64,000 nt of DNA from Eledone cirrhosa (GCA_964016885.1 OZ024740.1:193254001-193318000); one strand, 5' to 3'; shown: positions 15,020 to 31,737, numbered from the stretch's first letter. Program-made: numbers and translations. The notes: a model not told the origin generated them from the letters alone.

Positions 15020-16940
15020 TTGGAATGTCTGTCCTCGAGCTTTACGTAGATATGTCGGACTTGATCTCCGATCTACTCGAAGCGCCCTACTGCAACTTGC
15101 AGCAGAAGGGGAGTGTTCCTAACTCTGTGATTGGGGGCATAGTGACGCTGATAATGAAAGACGACGACAACAAGTGGGGTACGCTAGTCAACATCAGTCT
15201 CATAACTCTGTAAAACACAGTTTAAGATTTTAGCCAATGTATTAGCAAACATGTTGGTGCTTGTCGTCAAGGATTTGGTAGGGGAGGCGCAACATCGTGC
15301 AATTCATGACCATGTCCGTACACAACAACCTCCACCTTATGCATAACCTATTGAGAGGGCAGGGTGTAAACCTGGCTTCGGTGGGGCTCTGATCAATTTG
15401 GATCAACGGAAAGCTTTCGATAGGGCCGGCCATCGATACATGGAGTTTGTCCTCAAGGCAGCTGCCTTTGGTCCCGTCTTCAGAGGATGGGTAATTGCAA
15501 TGCAGAGCGGCATCTGCTCGGTGCTCAAATTTAATGTCTATCATTCGGAACCGTTACAGATCTCCCTAACAGTCCGTCAAGGGATTCCTCTCTCCTCATT
15601 TCTGCACGTGTTGACCCAGGATCCTTTACTGTGGAAGCTGGAGCAATTACAGTTCATCACGCTCTAAACAGGAGGTGGAAGGGCTGTATTGGCCAATATA
15701 GTAGTGGATAATATCACCGCGATGGTGTCGAGCACCTTCTAAATCAAGGGTGTGCGCACTTTAATAAGGGAAAATGTATACTTGACGGGAGAAACCTTAA
15801 CACGAAAATGTCTTACAGCTTGACATTTTGAAATACAAGTCCATGCCATTCAACAGCGGCGTTGGGCGCTGGACAGACGGACCGGTAAAGTTTATCGTGG
15901 TTTGGTTCGGACCCAACTAGCAGATCGATGAGAATTGGAACGAGGTTACGATCAATCCGGCCATTCTCACACAAAATTGTGCCAAGAGGAATTTGTCCCT
16001 AAAACATTGGGTGAAGGAGGCGAACGCCTCCATCACGTCCATCATCTACTACCACCTGACCGTTGTACATTGACTACGTTCGCGTCTCGCCAAATTGGAA
16101 CGGATCATCTTTGTGTGGCTGGGACAGGTTCCGTTGGTGGTGCAGTCCATCTGTTGTCAGCACCCTCTACGCGGAGTGTTGGTCATGCCGTGGCTAAAGA
16201 TGCGCAAACATGCACCGAGGCTCCGGCATCTTCAGATATTCTGTCTAAACGTGTGTGAGATGGGGATTTCTGTAGCTCGTCTCTTTGTCTAAGCTGCAGT
16301 CCTGTGTCAAGAAGAGACTGAGGCTGGGCGCGTAGTATTTGGAATGTTGCAGGATCACACTACTCTCTAGGAGGTGGGCAATGAGATCACCGGAACATCC
16401 ACACTCGAATCATGGTCTATGAACGTTGATGATGTCGAACTTCCCAGTAGGTTCCGGAGGTCTTTCAAGCAGGGGCTATGAATTACTTCCAGAAATCCAT
16501 CGCTGTGCTAGGGAAGATAAACTCTACAGACACTGACATGCTGTTAAACGGACCTGCCCCAGAAGCAACGAAAGCTTTCTGCATGCAGTCGTTCAGTGTC
16601 TGTGCATTACTGACTTGTTCAGTTATTCGATCATATCCCGCTACATATCTCGTTCATAGGGTATATCGAACAGCCGCCTTCTGTTAGCCGAGAAAGGCAA
16701 GTAGTTCTCCTCTGTCAGGTGGCCCTATCGTATGTGGTTTCGTTGAACCAGGTTGAAAAAAGACTGAAGACAGACAATTTCTCTCCGGCCAATCCCACAT
16801 ACAGTGTTTCAGTTTTCACTCGGAAAGGAAAGTGAGGGTTGAGAGAGAAGTGCTACCCCCCAGAGCATTTGCTAAACGGTGGGGTAATGTGGCGAGAAAG
16901 ACCCGTGTGAATACGCCTACTCTGAGCATGATCCTCTAGG
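15020..16940 (+). mobile_element. Tx1/L1-clade LINE, decayed RT and C-terminal region
   Basis: Fragments GIVTLIMK..SLITL*N, DQRKAFDRAGHRYMEFVLKAAAFGPVFRGWV and VRQGIPLSSFLHVLTQDPLL match Tx1/L1 RT motifs (DQxKAFDRVxH, VRQGCPLSPxL); many stops and frameshifts. Confidence 0.8.
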
Positions 16941-17097
16941 CTAGTTGATTTAAAGAGCATGGGGATGCTTTTCGGGTGCCCTAGAAGTCTCGTGTGGTTC
17001 ATAAATGGTGGGATAACCGTGTGATACTTGAGTGGTTCCCATCCTATTGGGGAATTTATTTTGATACTTTTTATATATTTTTATATATTTTCATTGT

Positions 17098-17201
17098 TAA
17101 GAGGTCGATAAATAAAGCAACAGTAATGTACTGGGGTTAATTGAATCGATTTTCCCCTCCCTCAAAATTGCTGGCATTGTGCCTAAATCAGTAACCATTA
17201 T
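17098..17201 (+). mobile_element. 5'-truncated SINE family A (3' half)
   Basis: GGTCGATAAATAAAG..CAGTAATGTACTGGGG..GTGCCTAAATCAGTAACCATTATT. Confidence 0.7.
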
Positions 17202-19133
17202 TTTTCCTAGTACTATTATTATTACTAATATGTAAGATTAACAAATAAATATCATACAAACATAATTTTACATTTAAATCTAAATGTTCACAGAATGATT
17301 TAAAACAGTAAACGGAACTAAATGTTTTCTAATTCATTGATATTTTGACTTACAGTACACTGTTGTAAAACTCACATTTATCTTTCCTGGGGAATCATTT
17401 CAGGCTTGGAGGCGTGGCGAAGACGTATGGAAAACTGGTTTAGACTCTCTGGGTATTCTTCGGTGGGGATGGAATTGTATATTGGATTTGAAATATTTAT
17501 TTTTGTCCCCACTCGTTTCTTTTCTGATAAACCTCGTATATGCTATGGACCTAGGATGAAAATGAACACTAGATTAGTTGAATGTTACTAAATTGTAGTA
17601 CGTTATTTCACCAACTAACAGTGACAATTCATAAATGAAAGTTAATAAATCATCAATGAAAAGAAGACGAGTTTAAAGAGTTTTAAAGAAATAAATTTAC
17701 TGTGTTAGCCAAACAAATGCCTCATTACGTGATGGAAATATTCATATTCATTGAGCTGTTACCTTAGTGTAAGGTTAAAATGCGAGCCCTCATTAACATT
17801 GATTAACTTATCAATTATATTTATACTTCTGCATTATTCAATTGAATAAATATATCAATCAAGTGGATATAAAATGATAAAAGATGAAGACAAAATGTCA
17901 GTCAATTATACAGTATAGAACTACAAATCATGAAATTAGAATTATCAAAAATTATTTATTGGCAATCTATATTATTGAAGTGATTATATTTCAATTTTGT
18001 CATTTATAAATCGAGAGGATGTCATATAAGAGACAGATTGTGAGTAGTAAACTTCATTCAATACGTTTCGTTATTAACATGGCATAAAGTTTATATGATT
18101 AATCGTTTTCTCAAATTCGTTAATTTGAAAAGCCGATCACATGGATTTAAACTACTATAGAAACTGCATCATATTTATTACAATTTTTGTCTTCTCTCTC
18201 TCTAGTTTCTTATTTGTTCCATAAAAAAAATGAGTGGTATCAACCAATTTTATAGGACGTCCAAGAATAATTATATCGAATTTGTCGGTGCATAGATCGA
18301 TCTTCAGAAAGTGGATGATCATGGGGAGAGAGTTTCTGAAGTACGGAATTTCAACGGAACTGAATAGTGTATAATTTAAGGGATGCGGAACAAAATAATA
18401 GATTGGTACCACGACTGGTCTTGCATAGGGGGATAAACAAAAATAAAACATGGTAGAAATTGAACTCTCAATGGAAACGGAGATAAAGCAGTAAGATATT
18501 TTGCCTATCGCACTTATCTTTCTCTCATTGTAATTTTACGCATCGGTTTAGATTTAAGCCTTTATAACAATGAATGATTATGCAATTGCAGACGTGAGAT
18601 ATGGGGTATATACATACATTTTTAACCAACTAATTCATATAAATGAAATTACATTGAAATATTTGTCTCTAACTCTACCTTTAAAATGAGGTTGGAAAAC
18701 GTTACTCAGCTTTAGATTTCACTTAGTTTGTTCCTTGAAAGTTAATGCCCAGTGCACAACATTATATTGAATCTTGTTTGAGAATACAAAGTGAAAACAA
18801 TATTTATCTTAATTTCACATTAATTAATGTAAAGATAAGATTCAACAGATTGTTGTACACAGTGCATTAGCTTGCAAGAAGATAAATACTTGAGCTGTAG
18901 ACTAATTAAATTGGCTGAACCTAAATATTTACATTATTATATTGTAAATTTATGAAAACATAAACGTGAAATCAATCATCCCACCATTCAGTCACTACCA
19001 CAGCTTGTTTCTATATTTACAAACCTGTTAGCTTCTGTTTATTCTTAACCTTCATATTCAAAATCTAAAGCGTATTACAACAATTTACAGACTTAAACCT
19101 GTTTATCAACTAAATAATCATACAAAATTATTG

Positions 19134-19803
19134 ATGTGGTCACTTCCAACCGACCAAATCAACCACAAGCGGTCAAATCCTATGTGGGCATGGCGGAGAG
19201 CCGAATTAAGGAACGCTTCTTGAACCACCAGTCGACCTTTAGGTACCCGGGCAGACGTTCATCCACGAAACTCGCGAAGCCCGTATGGTCCCTCAAGGAC
19301 TCACGTATAGACTACTCCATTCAATGGAAAGCCATCACTAGCCATAGGCAAGGGGAAATCCGTCGTGTGGACTATGTATTGATGAACGAATACATATTCT
19401 AAAAAGATTATGTAATAGTGATTGATTGCCCAAACACAAGGATTGAATTATTCACACATTGTCCATACGTCTGGAAACACTTCTTACATAACTACAAAGC
19501 TCCGGATTGAATTAAAACAACATCCTAATTTTCTTACCAACTAGAAAATTTCGGACTTTCGCAGTTATCTCCCTTACACCAATCGCACACAATTTAGTAT
19601 TGTCTGTGTGAAGTGATCGTTTCTGCGCATGAGCGTTTGTACTGTTTTCCTTTCTGTTCCGTATAACCATGTCCATTACGAGATGAGGATTCGCTAAGGT
19701 GAAGCAATTGTTCTCGGTATGGTAAACTAACTGTTGTGTAACCAATTTGTCCCATGGACTGAGTGCTCTTCCACTACGGAGATTACCTTCCAGGGTTCTA
19801 CCA

Positions 19804-19805
<2 letters not shown>
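19134..19805 (+). mobile_element. Penelope-like element 3' fragment (GIY-YIG endonuclease plus 3' UTR)
   Basis: ORF 19136-19402 KSYVGMAESRIKERFLNHQSTFRYP..STKLAKPVWSLKD..YSIQWK is homologous to the GIY-YIG domains at 26851, 29253 and 45200; ends in (TA)n. Confidence 0.85.
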
Positions 19806-19849
<44 letters not shown>

Positions 19850-19854
<5 letters not shown>

Positions 19855-20010
19855 GAAAAATTGAACAGGGACAGAACAGAGAGGCAGTACGATAAATGTT
19901 TATTAAATTCACGCTCAGGAGAGTGGGGGGTAGGTGGGGGACGACGTTTGGGGCATAAGCCCTTCTTCAGGTGAGAGTTCAAAAGGTGTGTAGGGGAGTG
20001 GTGGAGAGAC
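19850..20010 (-). mobile_element. PLE pLTR-like fragment with a mutated minimal hammerhead
   Basis: Minus strand 19970-19940 reads CTGAAGA-A-GGGC-TTAT-GCCC-CAAA-CGTCGTC (GAAA changed to CAAA), followed by AATAAA; flanked by (TA)n. Stem I pairing is not evident. Confidence 0.55.
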
Positions 20011-20030
20011 ATATATATATATATATATAT

Positions 20031-20767
20031 TTCGTTTATGAATTTGTTTAGCAAGATTTTTTATCTGAAAACGTGTGTTGAAACCGATATTGTTATACTT
20101 TGAGAGGGTCCTGTCGCCACGCACCAGTTGCTTCACTCCAATTTATTATAAATTAAATTTATAAATTTCCGGTTGGTTGGTTCGTTCCACAACCGGACGT
20201 TTATTAATATATAATCAAAGTTCTTTCGTCACACATTATGTGACCTCTTCAGTGAGTGGGGATTCTTCTCTTTGTGTTGTGCCTCTCCTTTCTTCTGTCC
20301 TACGCCATCTTGTTTGTGTGTTGTGTGCTTAGTTTGCGCATGTGTTACATCCGGGTGTCTGTGTGTGGTTTTATATGTGTATTTATTTGTTTATTTACAT
20401 GTCACGGGTTGGTTGTTTGTTCTCTGTGTGTGTGTTTTCATTGTGTCCTTAGTTGTAAGATCTGATGTTGCTATTCCCTTCATGTTTTTTAAGCACACAA
20501 CACACACAAAAACAAGATGGAGTAGGACAGACCAAAGGAGAGGCACAAAACAAAGAGAAGAATCCCCAGTCACTGAAGAGGTCAGAGAATGTGTGACAAA
20601 AGAACATTGACAATATATGAACAACCGTCCGGTTGTGGAACCAACCAACCAACCGTAAATTTATAAATTCTTAAATTTATAAATTTAACTTATAATAAAT
20701 TGGAGTGAAAGCAACTGGTGCGTGTGTTTCTTATTGGTAACATGACCCTCCCAAAGTATAACAATAT
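20031..20767. mobile_element. Fold-back PLE pLTR-like insertion with a hammerhead motif in each arm
   Basis: Inverted arms ~20086-20331 and ~20490-20767, one-sided extension 20031-20085, (TA)n on both sides; same family as 46661-46890. Confidence 0.8.
20214..20256 (-). ncRNA. Minimal type I hammerhead-like motif
   Basis: Minus strand CTCA-CTGAAGA-G-GTCACA-TAATG-TGTGAC-GAAA-GAAC-TT-TGA; the mirror copy at 20568-20611 has GTCA/TGAC stem I but GAAA changed to AAAA. Confidence 0.55.
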
Positions 20768-21323
20768 ATATATATACATATATATATATATAAATTTTCA
20801 AGTTATCAATAATGTGGTGATAATATATCGTCACGTTAGAGATGAACAGCGTACGTGTAGGTTTGCTCAACGAGTATAAATTATATTCCGGAGAAAATGT
20901 AGAAAAGATGAATATAAAATGAAAGTGCTTTCATAAAGGAATTTATTAGATATTGACATGTTTCCTTAACAGACTGAATACCTATGTATCGCTGCTTGCG
21001 TAATCATATAATGTTAGCAAGTATTCGATAGCAAATGTATAATCAGTTGTCACTTCTTCAGAGATATTGGATAAATTGGAAAAAATCAAAAAAATTGAAG
21101 TATTTATATTAGTTGTAAGAAAGGAAGAAGAGAGGGGATAGTATATGACATATGGCAATTCAATTTACTGGTAAACAAGTATATAAAAGGTTTTTAATGA
21201 GAATACAATGAGTATATGGCTTATTTTATCTAAATAAGAATATTTGGGAGTGCCTATTTTAATCTATATTTGACCAGTTGAACAATGGACAGGGCTGGTC
21301 GTTGGTGTAGTAGTATTAATACC

Positions 21324-24964
<3,641 letters not shown>

Positions 24965-24971
24965 GTATATA

Positions 24972-25022
<51 letters not shown>

Positions 25023-26051
25023 GCATATATATATATATATTCGGTATACAAGCATGCAATTCTCATCCAGCACTCAACGTCATAGTACTTCCTAAAACAA
25101 GGATGTCGGAGTAGATTAATAAAGAGGAAAATGCGAAGTTGAAGATGTTAGGGTCCTTTAATAATTGAGCCGTTATACATATGTCAATGATGATAGATTC
25201 GTGATTTCTTCAGAAAGCAAAAATTGTTTAAAAGGTAACATGTCCGAGGTAATTTCCGGTGGAAGGTAGCGGACTAAAAGAAAGTGTTTTAGCTTGGAGC
25301 GCCCGATCCCTTCTATTCTTCAGAACATCACGAGATCCCTGCTTAGTTACAGGGTGTGGGTTGCTGACCACTCGACTACAACCATGAATATCACCAACCT
25401 TATGTGTTTTCTCTATTTATCAGTCCCTCACCACACCGGTCAGTTGGAGTTCAGACCAGGCGAACTTTAGTTACTGCTAGCCCTTCAAATTTAGTGCGTT
25501 CGTACCCGCTACCCGTTTATGGCGCGATAATATACAGACCATCAACCCGAAATCGAAAAAGCTGCCTACTGCTATGGTTAATATAACTTATATAAATCAT
25601 TAAAGGTTTCAAAACCCGAAAACCCAGAATAAATTTTAGAATTCAGACATTAAGAGTTAAGAGTTAGAAGACCGGAGAGGTATGCAACTGTCATTATGCT
25701 GTGAAAAATTATAACTCGCAAAGTGTATATTATTATAGAGCTGGATATTAACTTGTTCTGAGTCCCCATGGAAAAAGTCTGGACCCTTGTCGAGAATGAC
25801 AGGCAATATTTAAAGTATCTAATGCAGCGAATGTAAAAATTAAATAATCAAGTAGTTAGTATCTCGGGCAATCCGGTGGAGACAAATAATACATAGATGA
25901 TTTAAGAAAAACATATGGCAAAAGATACAAATGTGTAAGGATGAACGGGAAAAATGGTATCATAAAGAGAATACACGAAATAAAGGAAATAAACCGAAGA
26001 AAAAAAATATATATGTATATATGAAGGTAAAAAGAGTAAAACAATGAGTAT

Positions 26052-26235
26052 AGAGAGAATGAATGAGAGGTAATGCAGGAGAAATCCGTGATAAATATGT
26101 GAGTGGGGGCGAGTTATAGAGAGTGGGTTATATATATAAATATAAAAAGAGAATTGTAGAGAGTGAATGAAAGGAAATGCAGGAAAAAGTCCGTGATAAA
26201 TGTCTGAGTAGGATTGAGATATCTAGAGTCAGCTA
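26052..26235. repeat. Degenerate direct duplication (period ~108 bp)
   Basis: AGAGAG..GAATGA..AATGCAGGA.AA.TCCGTGATAAAT.T.TGAGT occurs at ~26052 and ~26158. Confidence 0.65.
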
Positions 26236-26493
26236 TATTCATAGTGATTCGTGTGTTTTGATCCGTGCAGTTGCAGCCGGGTGTACCTCACAGGCTGTCC
26301 GTGACGAAATGAGACAGGATGGGACCCAGGGTGTTATATGTAGAATAAGAGGTAATTGTTGCTTTTGGTTCCCTCATTAATCCGTTCGAAAATTGTTACA
26401 TAGTAAATTTCCATCACCGTTAGGTGTGTCCACTAGTTGTGTTTTCCCGGGGTGTAGTCTGCATTACTTCATCAGATTGGATTGCATCAAAAA

Positions 26494-26588
26494 GGTGGAC
26501 ACGTGATCCGGATGTCTGATGAACGCATTATAAAGCAACTTCTCTTCGGAGAACTGTGTGAAGGAAGGCGACCAAGACACTAACCAAC
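26494..26588 (+). mobile_element. RTE-BovB-like LINE C-terminal fragment
   Basis: Translates to GHVIRMSDERIIKQLLFGELCEGRRPR; cut off by the PLE arm at 26589. Confidence 0.65.
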
Positions 26589-28049
26589 AAGCGTAATCGG
26601 CCAATTCTATCTTAAAATTATGGGGAGGGGGTGCTAAGGCCTCCGAAGACCGATAGGCTGCATCGGGGTGGGCGAAAAGTTGAAAAAGAAAAGACGACAA
26701 GGAAGGAGATTTGGGGTGGAAGGACTAGGAAGAGATGGGGGAAGAATGAGCTATAGAGGAAAAGATAAAAAATATAAAAATGTTACGTCTACCTTTGTAA
26801 GCAGGGGTTAACCCTTACAAAGTCGGCAAGTGGGGTGTTTCAGCCCTTGTCTACCCCCCACCCCCCAGGTCATTATGGCGTTTGAGGGCGAGGTAAGTCC
26901 TACGCAATCTGTGTTTGCATGCAGTTACCAGTTCGTCTTTCTTGTTTAGGAGTTGGTCCTTCGAAAACACCATTTGTAATGTTTCTTCCGAGCATAAGTT
27001 ACACGGACGCCGTCCTCTCGTGTAAGAGTTGGCTCTGGACAGTAAGCTCCAAGTGATATTGTATGTTATATTATCTTTGAGGTCCCAGATGTGGCCCGAG
27101 AGTGTAGTGGTGTGACGCCGGGCCGGGTTTCGGAAAGTATGTCTGTGTAGGTAGAGCCGGGTCTTGAAGTCACAAGCGATTAATCCTATATAAGCTTTGT
27201 TGGAGGTGTCCGTCCTCACGTTGCACTGGTAGATCACATTACGATCTCAGCATCTCTTGTTGAGGGGGCAAAGGGATCTATCAGGACAGTTGCACCTCCT
27301 GATCAGCTCTCCACTGCTGTCTCGGTTATTTCTTCCATAGGGGTTGAGTTTTTTGTTGTTAGAGAAGACGATGTTTTGTGCAAAGTTAGGTGTGGTGCTG
27401 TAGGAGAGTTTAATGGTGTTTTTGTTGATTATGTTGTGGTAGCGGTGTTGTAGTGGGAAATGTTTTCGATGAGCCTAAAGAAGATTTTCCCGATAGGTGT
27501 TGTCACCTCGGCATTGTGGGGAGGATTGAACCACGTTACATTGTATGAGCGGCAGTGTCGCCTGCTTGTTCCGATAAGGGAATCTGGATGATAGGATATT
27601 TCCTCCCGGAAGCCATTCCGCTTGAGGGCCTGGTTGTAATAAGGCGCATGTTCATCGAATATCTGCTCATTATCGGACAGACGAGATATGCGGAGATGTT
27701 TTTAACCAGGTTATTGATGATGTTTCTAGTGTGGTTCGACCGGCGGTGGATGTAATGCAGGTTGTCGTTTGGTTTCATGTATATGGTAGTACGGATCAAT
27801 ATCGAGGTTAAGGGTAACGTCCAGGAAGTTTACTCGGGTTGGGTACGTTTGTAGGGTTATTTTAAATCCCAGTCGCGGAAGAAGCTGATTAGTTGTTTAC
27901 ATACCCGGTCTGTACTACTGGGGTTGTACCCTCTGAGGGTAAGGAGCCCATCAGTACGGTATAATCCACCGCCGAATTCAGGAAACTTTTCGGTGAGTTT
28001 AAATTATAGGAATAGTCCTATGAGATCTGTCTGTGACCTCAGCCGAATC
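26589..28049 (-). mobile_element. Inverted arm of a Naiad-type PLE (RT C-half + GIY-YIG)
   Basis: Reverse complement of 28441-29910; ORFs 26851-27237 (IYQC..YIGL..FKTRLYLHRHTFR..CNLC) and 27536-27799. Confidence 0.9.
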
Positions 28050-30940
28050 AGACTTCGACCGTAAACCATCCATCAGGCTTATAAACCCAACGAAGTCCAA
28101 CAGGGAGAATCAGTAAAAAAAATAATCCTAGAACGCGTTATGCCAAAAGTTAATCAAAACGCGAGATTTAGCGTATGGGTTAACACCCATGAAGTTATGT
28201 CATGGTTCAGCAATTTGGAGGACAAAAGAGACAAAATTCACCCAGTTTGACATAGAGAGTTACTATGCTATTAAATACCTTTCCGCTCCTTTCGGCTGCC
28301 TTGGACTTCGCCGAAACACTCGCGCCCGTCTCCGACCAGGAAAGAAATATCATCCTCCACGCCAGGAAGGCTGTCCTACTTTTCGACAACTTCAAATGGA
28401 TAAAGAGAGCTCCCCCTTCGACGTCAGTATGTGCGCGACGGAATCGGCTGAGGTCACAGACCTTATAGGATATTTCCTACTTTTTAAACGCACCGAAAGG
28501 TTTCCTGTATTCGGGGGTGGATTGCACCGTGATGATTGGCTCCTTACCCTCAAAGGATACAACCCCACTAGTACAGACCGGGTCCGTAAACAACTAATCA
28601 GCTTCTTCCGCGACTTGGGATTTAAAATAACCCTACAAACGTACCTAACCCGAGTAAACTTCCTGGATGTTACCCTTAACCGCGATAATGATCTGTACTA
28701 CCCATACAGGAAACGTAACGACAACCTGCATTACATTCACCGCCTGTCGAACCACCCTAGAAACATCACCAATAACCTGGTTTAAAACATCTCCCACCGC
28801 ATATCCCGTCTGTCCGATAATGAGCAGATAGTCGATGAACATGGGCCTTATTACAACCAGGCCCTCAAGCGGAGTGGCTTCCGGGAGGAAATATCCTATC
28901 ATCCAGCTTCCATTAGCGGAACCAGCAGGCTACACCGCCGTTCACGCAATGTAACGTGGTTCAAACCTCCCCACAATGCCGAGGTGACAGCACCTTTCGG
29001 GAAAATCTTCTTTAGGCTCATCGAAAACACTTCCCACTACAACACCGCTACCACAACATAATCAACAAAAACCCCATTAAACTCTCCTACAGCACCAGAT
29101 CTGACTTTGCACAAAACATCGTCACCTCTAACAACAAAAAACTCAACTCCTACGGAAGAAATAACCGAGACAGCAGTGGAGAGCCGACCAGTAGGTGCAA
29201 CTGTCCTGATGGATCCCTTTACCCCCTCAAGAACAGATGCCGAGATCGTAATGTGATCTACCAGTGCAACGTGAGGACGGACACCTCCAACAAAGCCGAT
29301 AAAGGATTAACCGCTCGTGACTTCAAGACCCGGCTCTACCTACACAGTCATACTTTCCGACACCCGGCCCTACGCCACACCACTACACTCTCGGGCCACA
29401 TCTGGGACCTCAAATATAATAATATAACATCAAATCTCACTTGGAGCTTACGGTCCAGAGATAAGTCTTACACGGGAGGATGCCGTCCGTGTAACTTATG
29501 CTCGGGGGAAACATTACAAATGCTGTTTTCGAAGGACCAACTCCTAAACAAGGAAGCCGAACTGTTAACTGCATGCAAACACAGATTGCGTAGGACTTAC
29601 CTCGCCCTCAAACCCCATAATTACCCGGCGGGGAGTGTAGACAAGGGCTGAAACATCCCACTTGCCGACTTTGTAAGGGGTAACCCTGCTTACAAAGGTA
29701 GACGTAACTTTTTTTATATTTTTTTATCTTTTCCTCTAGTTCCTTCTTACCGCCATCTCTTTCTAGTCCTTCGACCCCAGATCCTTGTCGTCTTTTTTTA
29801 TTTAAACTTTTCGCCCCCCCCCCCCCCCCCCCAATGCAGCCCATCGGTCCTCTGTAGCCTCAGCATCCCCCCTCCCCATAATTTTAAGAGAGAATTGGCC
29901 GATTACGCTTTTTATAGCAGATGTGTTAGACCCCAGATAATAGCCTTCTTTCTGGTTGCTGCTCCATTTACGTGATTTCTAAATTTCTTAGTGGTATTTC
30001 CGCATTGGTATTCTTGTATTAGTATTTTTTGTATTAGTATTCTGAATTAATATTTCGTATTTGTTTTTCAGTATGTTTGTCCTCAACGTATTAACCTGTC
30101 ATTATAAGATAGCATTGGTTGATTATTACTAACTATTGCAGTGGTGTTTGACACCCTGTAAAGATACCTCTATAAAATTCATAGTGGTATTTTTGCTTTA
30201 GTATTCTTGGTATTAGGATGTATTAGCATTCTGAATTAATAGTTTGTATTAGGTTTTTAGTATGTTTGTCCTCAACCTGTTAACCTGTCATTGTAAGATA
30301 GCATTGGCTGATTACTACTAACTTTTGCAGTGGTGTCAGACCCCCTGTAAAGACCGCTTTATGAAGTGCTTTCACTACAATCCCGTATTTAGCATTTTTC
30401 TCCATCTATTAAACTTTTCTATAGCTTAACAATACCAATGAGAGATTTGGGGATTGTGTGGATGGAATAGTAACCAGAAATCGTTGTTTTTTTATATATT
30501 TGTTTTTTTATATATTTGTTTTTTTATATATTTATCTCCTCATCTTTATAATAGCTTGCTTGTTTACTCCCATTCGATTTACCTACTTTTTTAGACACCC
30601 CTTCCCCTTCCTCAGTACACTTCTTTCGACCTTCTATACACTATCCTTAGAATCTGCTGTATAGATTTCACTTTCAACGCTTGACTGGGCTTCCCCCACT
30701 CCCTCTTTGTTCTACCGGCAAGTTCAGCTACCCCTACCTTCCATTATATGCCATGATAGAATCAACTGTCTTTACAACAAATTTTTTACCAATCCTCTTG
30801 ACAATTACTATCTTCCCATATATGGAATTACCCCCTGAGAAGTTCGGCTATTTATTAACCAGGCTAAAAATTCTTATTTAGTCCAGAATTAGCCGTCGAA
30901 ATTGCTCGAGCTCTGCCGTCAGGGTCATACTTATTCATAT
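28050..30940 (+). mobile_element. Naiad-type Penelope-like element, 5'-truncated, decayed
   Basis: DFDRKPSIRLINPTKSN; FTQFDIESYY; FDVSMCATESAEVTDLIG; GGLHRDD; VNFLDVTL..SNHP; CNC linker; GIY-YIG ORF 29253-29651. The 3' UTR runs to the family terminus at ~30940, then (TA)n. Confidence 0.9.
29989..30370. repeat. Two degenerate tandem copies (~190 bp) within the PLE 3' UTR
   Basis: TAGTGGTATTT..ATTCTGAATTAAT..AGTATGTTTGTCCTCAAC..TAAGATAGCATTGG..CCCTGTAAAGA occurs twice. Confidence 0.8.
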
Positions 30941-30952
30941 ATATATATATAT

Positions 30953-31630
30953 TCTCCCCCACCCCCGTTCTTGCTTTCTTCGTATTCCCACTGTATTTTA
31001 AGTTACCTTAAATAGCAACTACACAGCCATTTCTATTCTCCATGTATTTCATCATCCATTTCGCTGTGACCATTCTTCTATCCGCTTCTACCTACCTATT
31101 TCGCTACTTTGTACTCTCACCCTTCTTTCTTCCCCTCCTTTTCTCCCTATCTAATTCTTACTACACTTTCTTCCTCTCCCTTTCTCCCTCTCACTTTCAC
31201 ACCCTCGGCTGACCGTTTAGCAGTTCTCTTCTCACTTACAACTGTGCCGCACGGACGTGTGTCTTTTTCCTCTCGACTACTCAGTCTTGAACTTAAGTTC
31301 CATTATCGAGTGGTCTTGGATTTCCTACCTATAGTTGCTCACACATTGATCGGTTTGTTGTTTTTTTCGATGGTTTTTTACTGTTTACTCTTTTCTTCCC
31401 GTTAGCTTTCCTTCCACCCTTCTTCCGTTTTCCCAATAACTTGTCCAGTTATTGACGCCCTGGGGCGAGATATATTCACTTTAAAGCGTAGAAATATCCG
31501 AGACCTCCAGTTGACAACTGATGAGCCCCCCCCCCCCTGTTTTTGCTTTCTTCGTATCCCCACTGCATTTTAAATTACCTTAAATAGCAACTACGCAGCT
31601 ATTTCTATTCTCCATATATGTCATCATCTA
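30953..31630. mobile_element. (TA)-flanked non-coding element with ~105-bp terminal direct repeats
   Basis: 30955-31058 matches 31525-31628 (CCCC..TTGCTTTCTTCGTAT..AAATAGCAACTAC..TCATCATC). Confidence 0.65.
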
Positions 31631-31683
31631 TATATATATATGAATATATATATATATATATATACATACAAACATATATACGC

Positions 31684-31737
<54 letters not shown>

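Noticed and set aside
26516-26523. CTGATGA motif
   Set aside because: Part of RTE coding sequence (MSDE), with no ribozyme stems.
27240-27300. In-frame TGA near the Cys-rich linker as selenocysteine (some Naiads encode selenoproteins)
   Set aside because: The TGA aligns with CGA (Arg) in the sister arm at ~29240, consistent with CpG decay; conserved Cys positions use TGY and no SECIS was recognised.
30833-30915. Possible hammerhead in the family-1 PLE terminus (CTGAGAAG..CGGCTA..TAGCCGTC-GAAA)
   Set aside because: The first box is non-canonical here and in the 41950-42020 copy, and stem I/III pairing could not be established.
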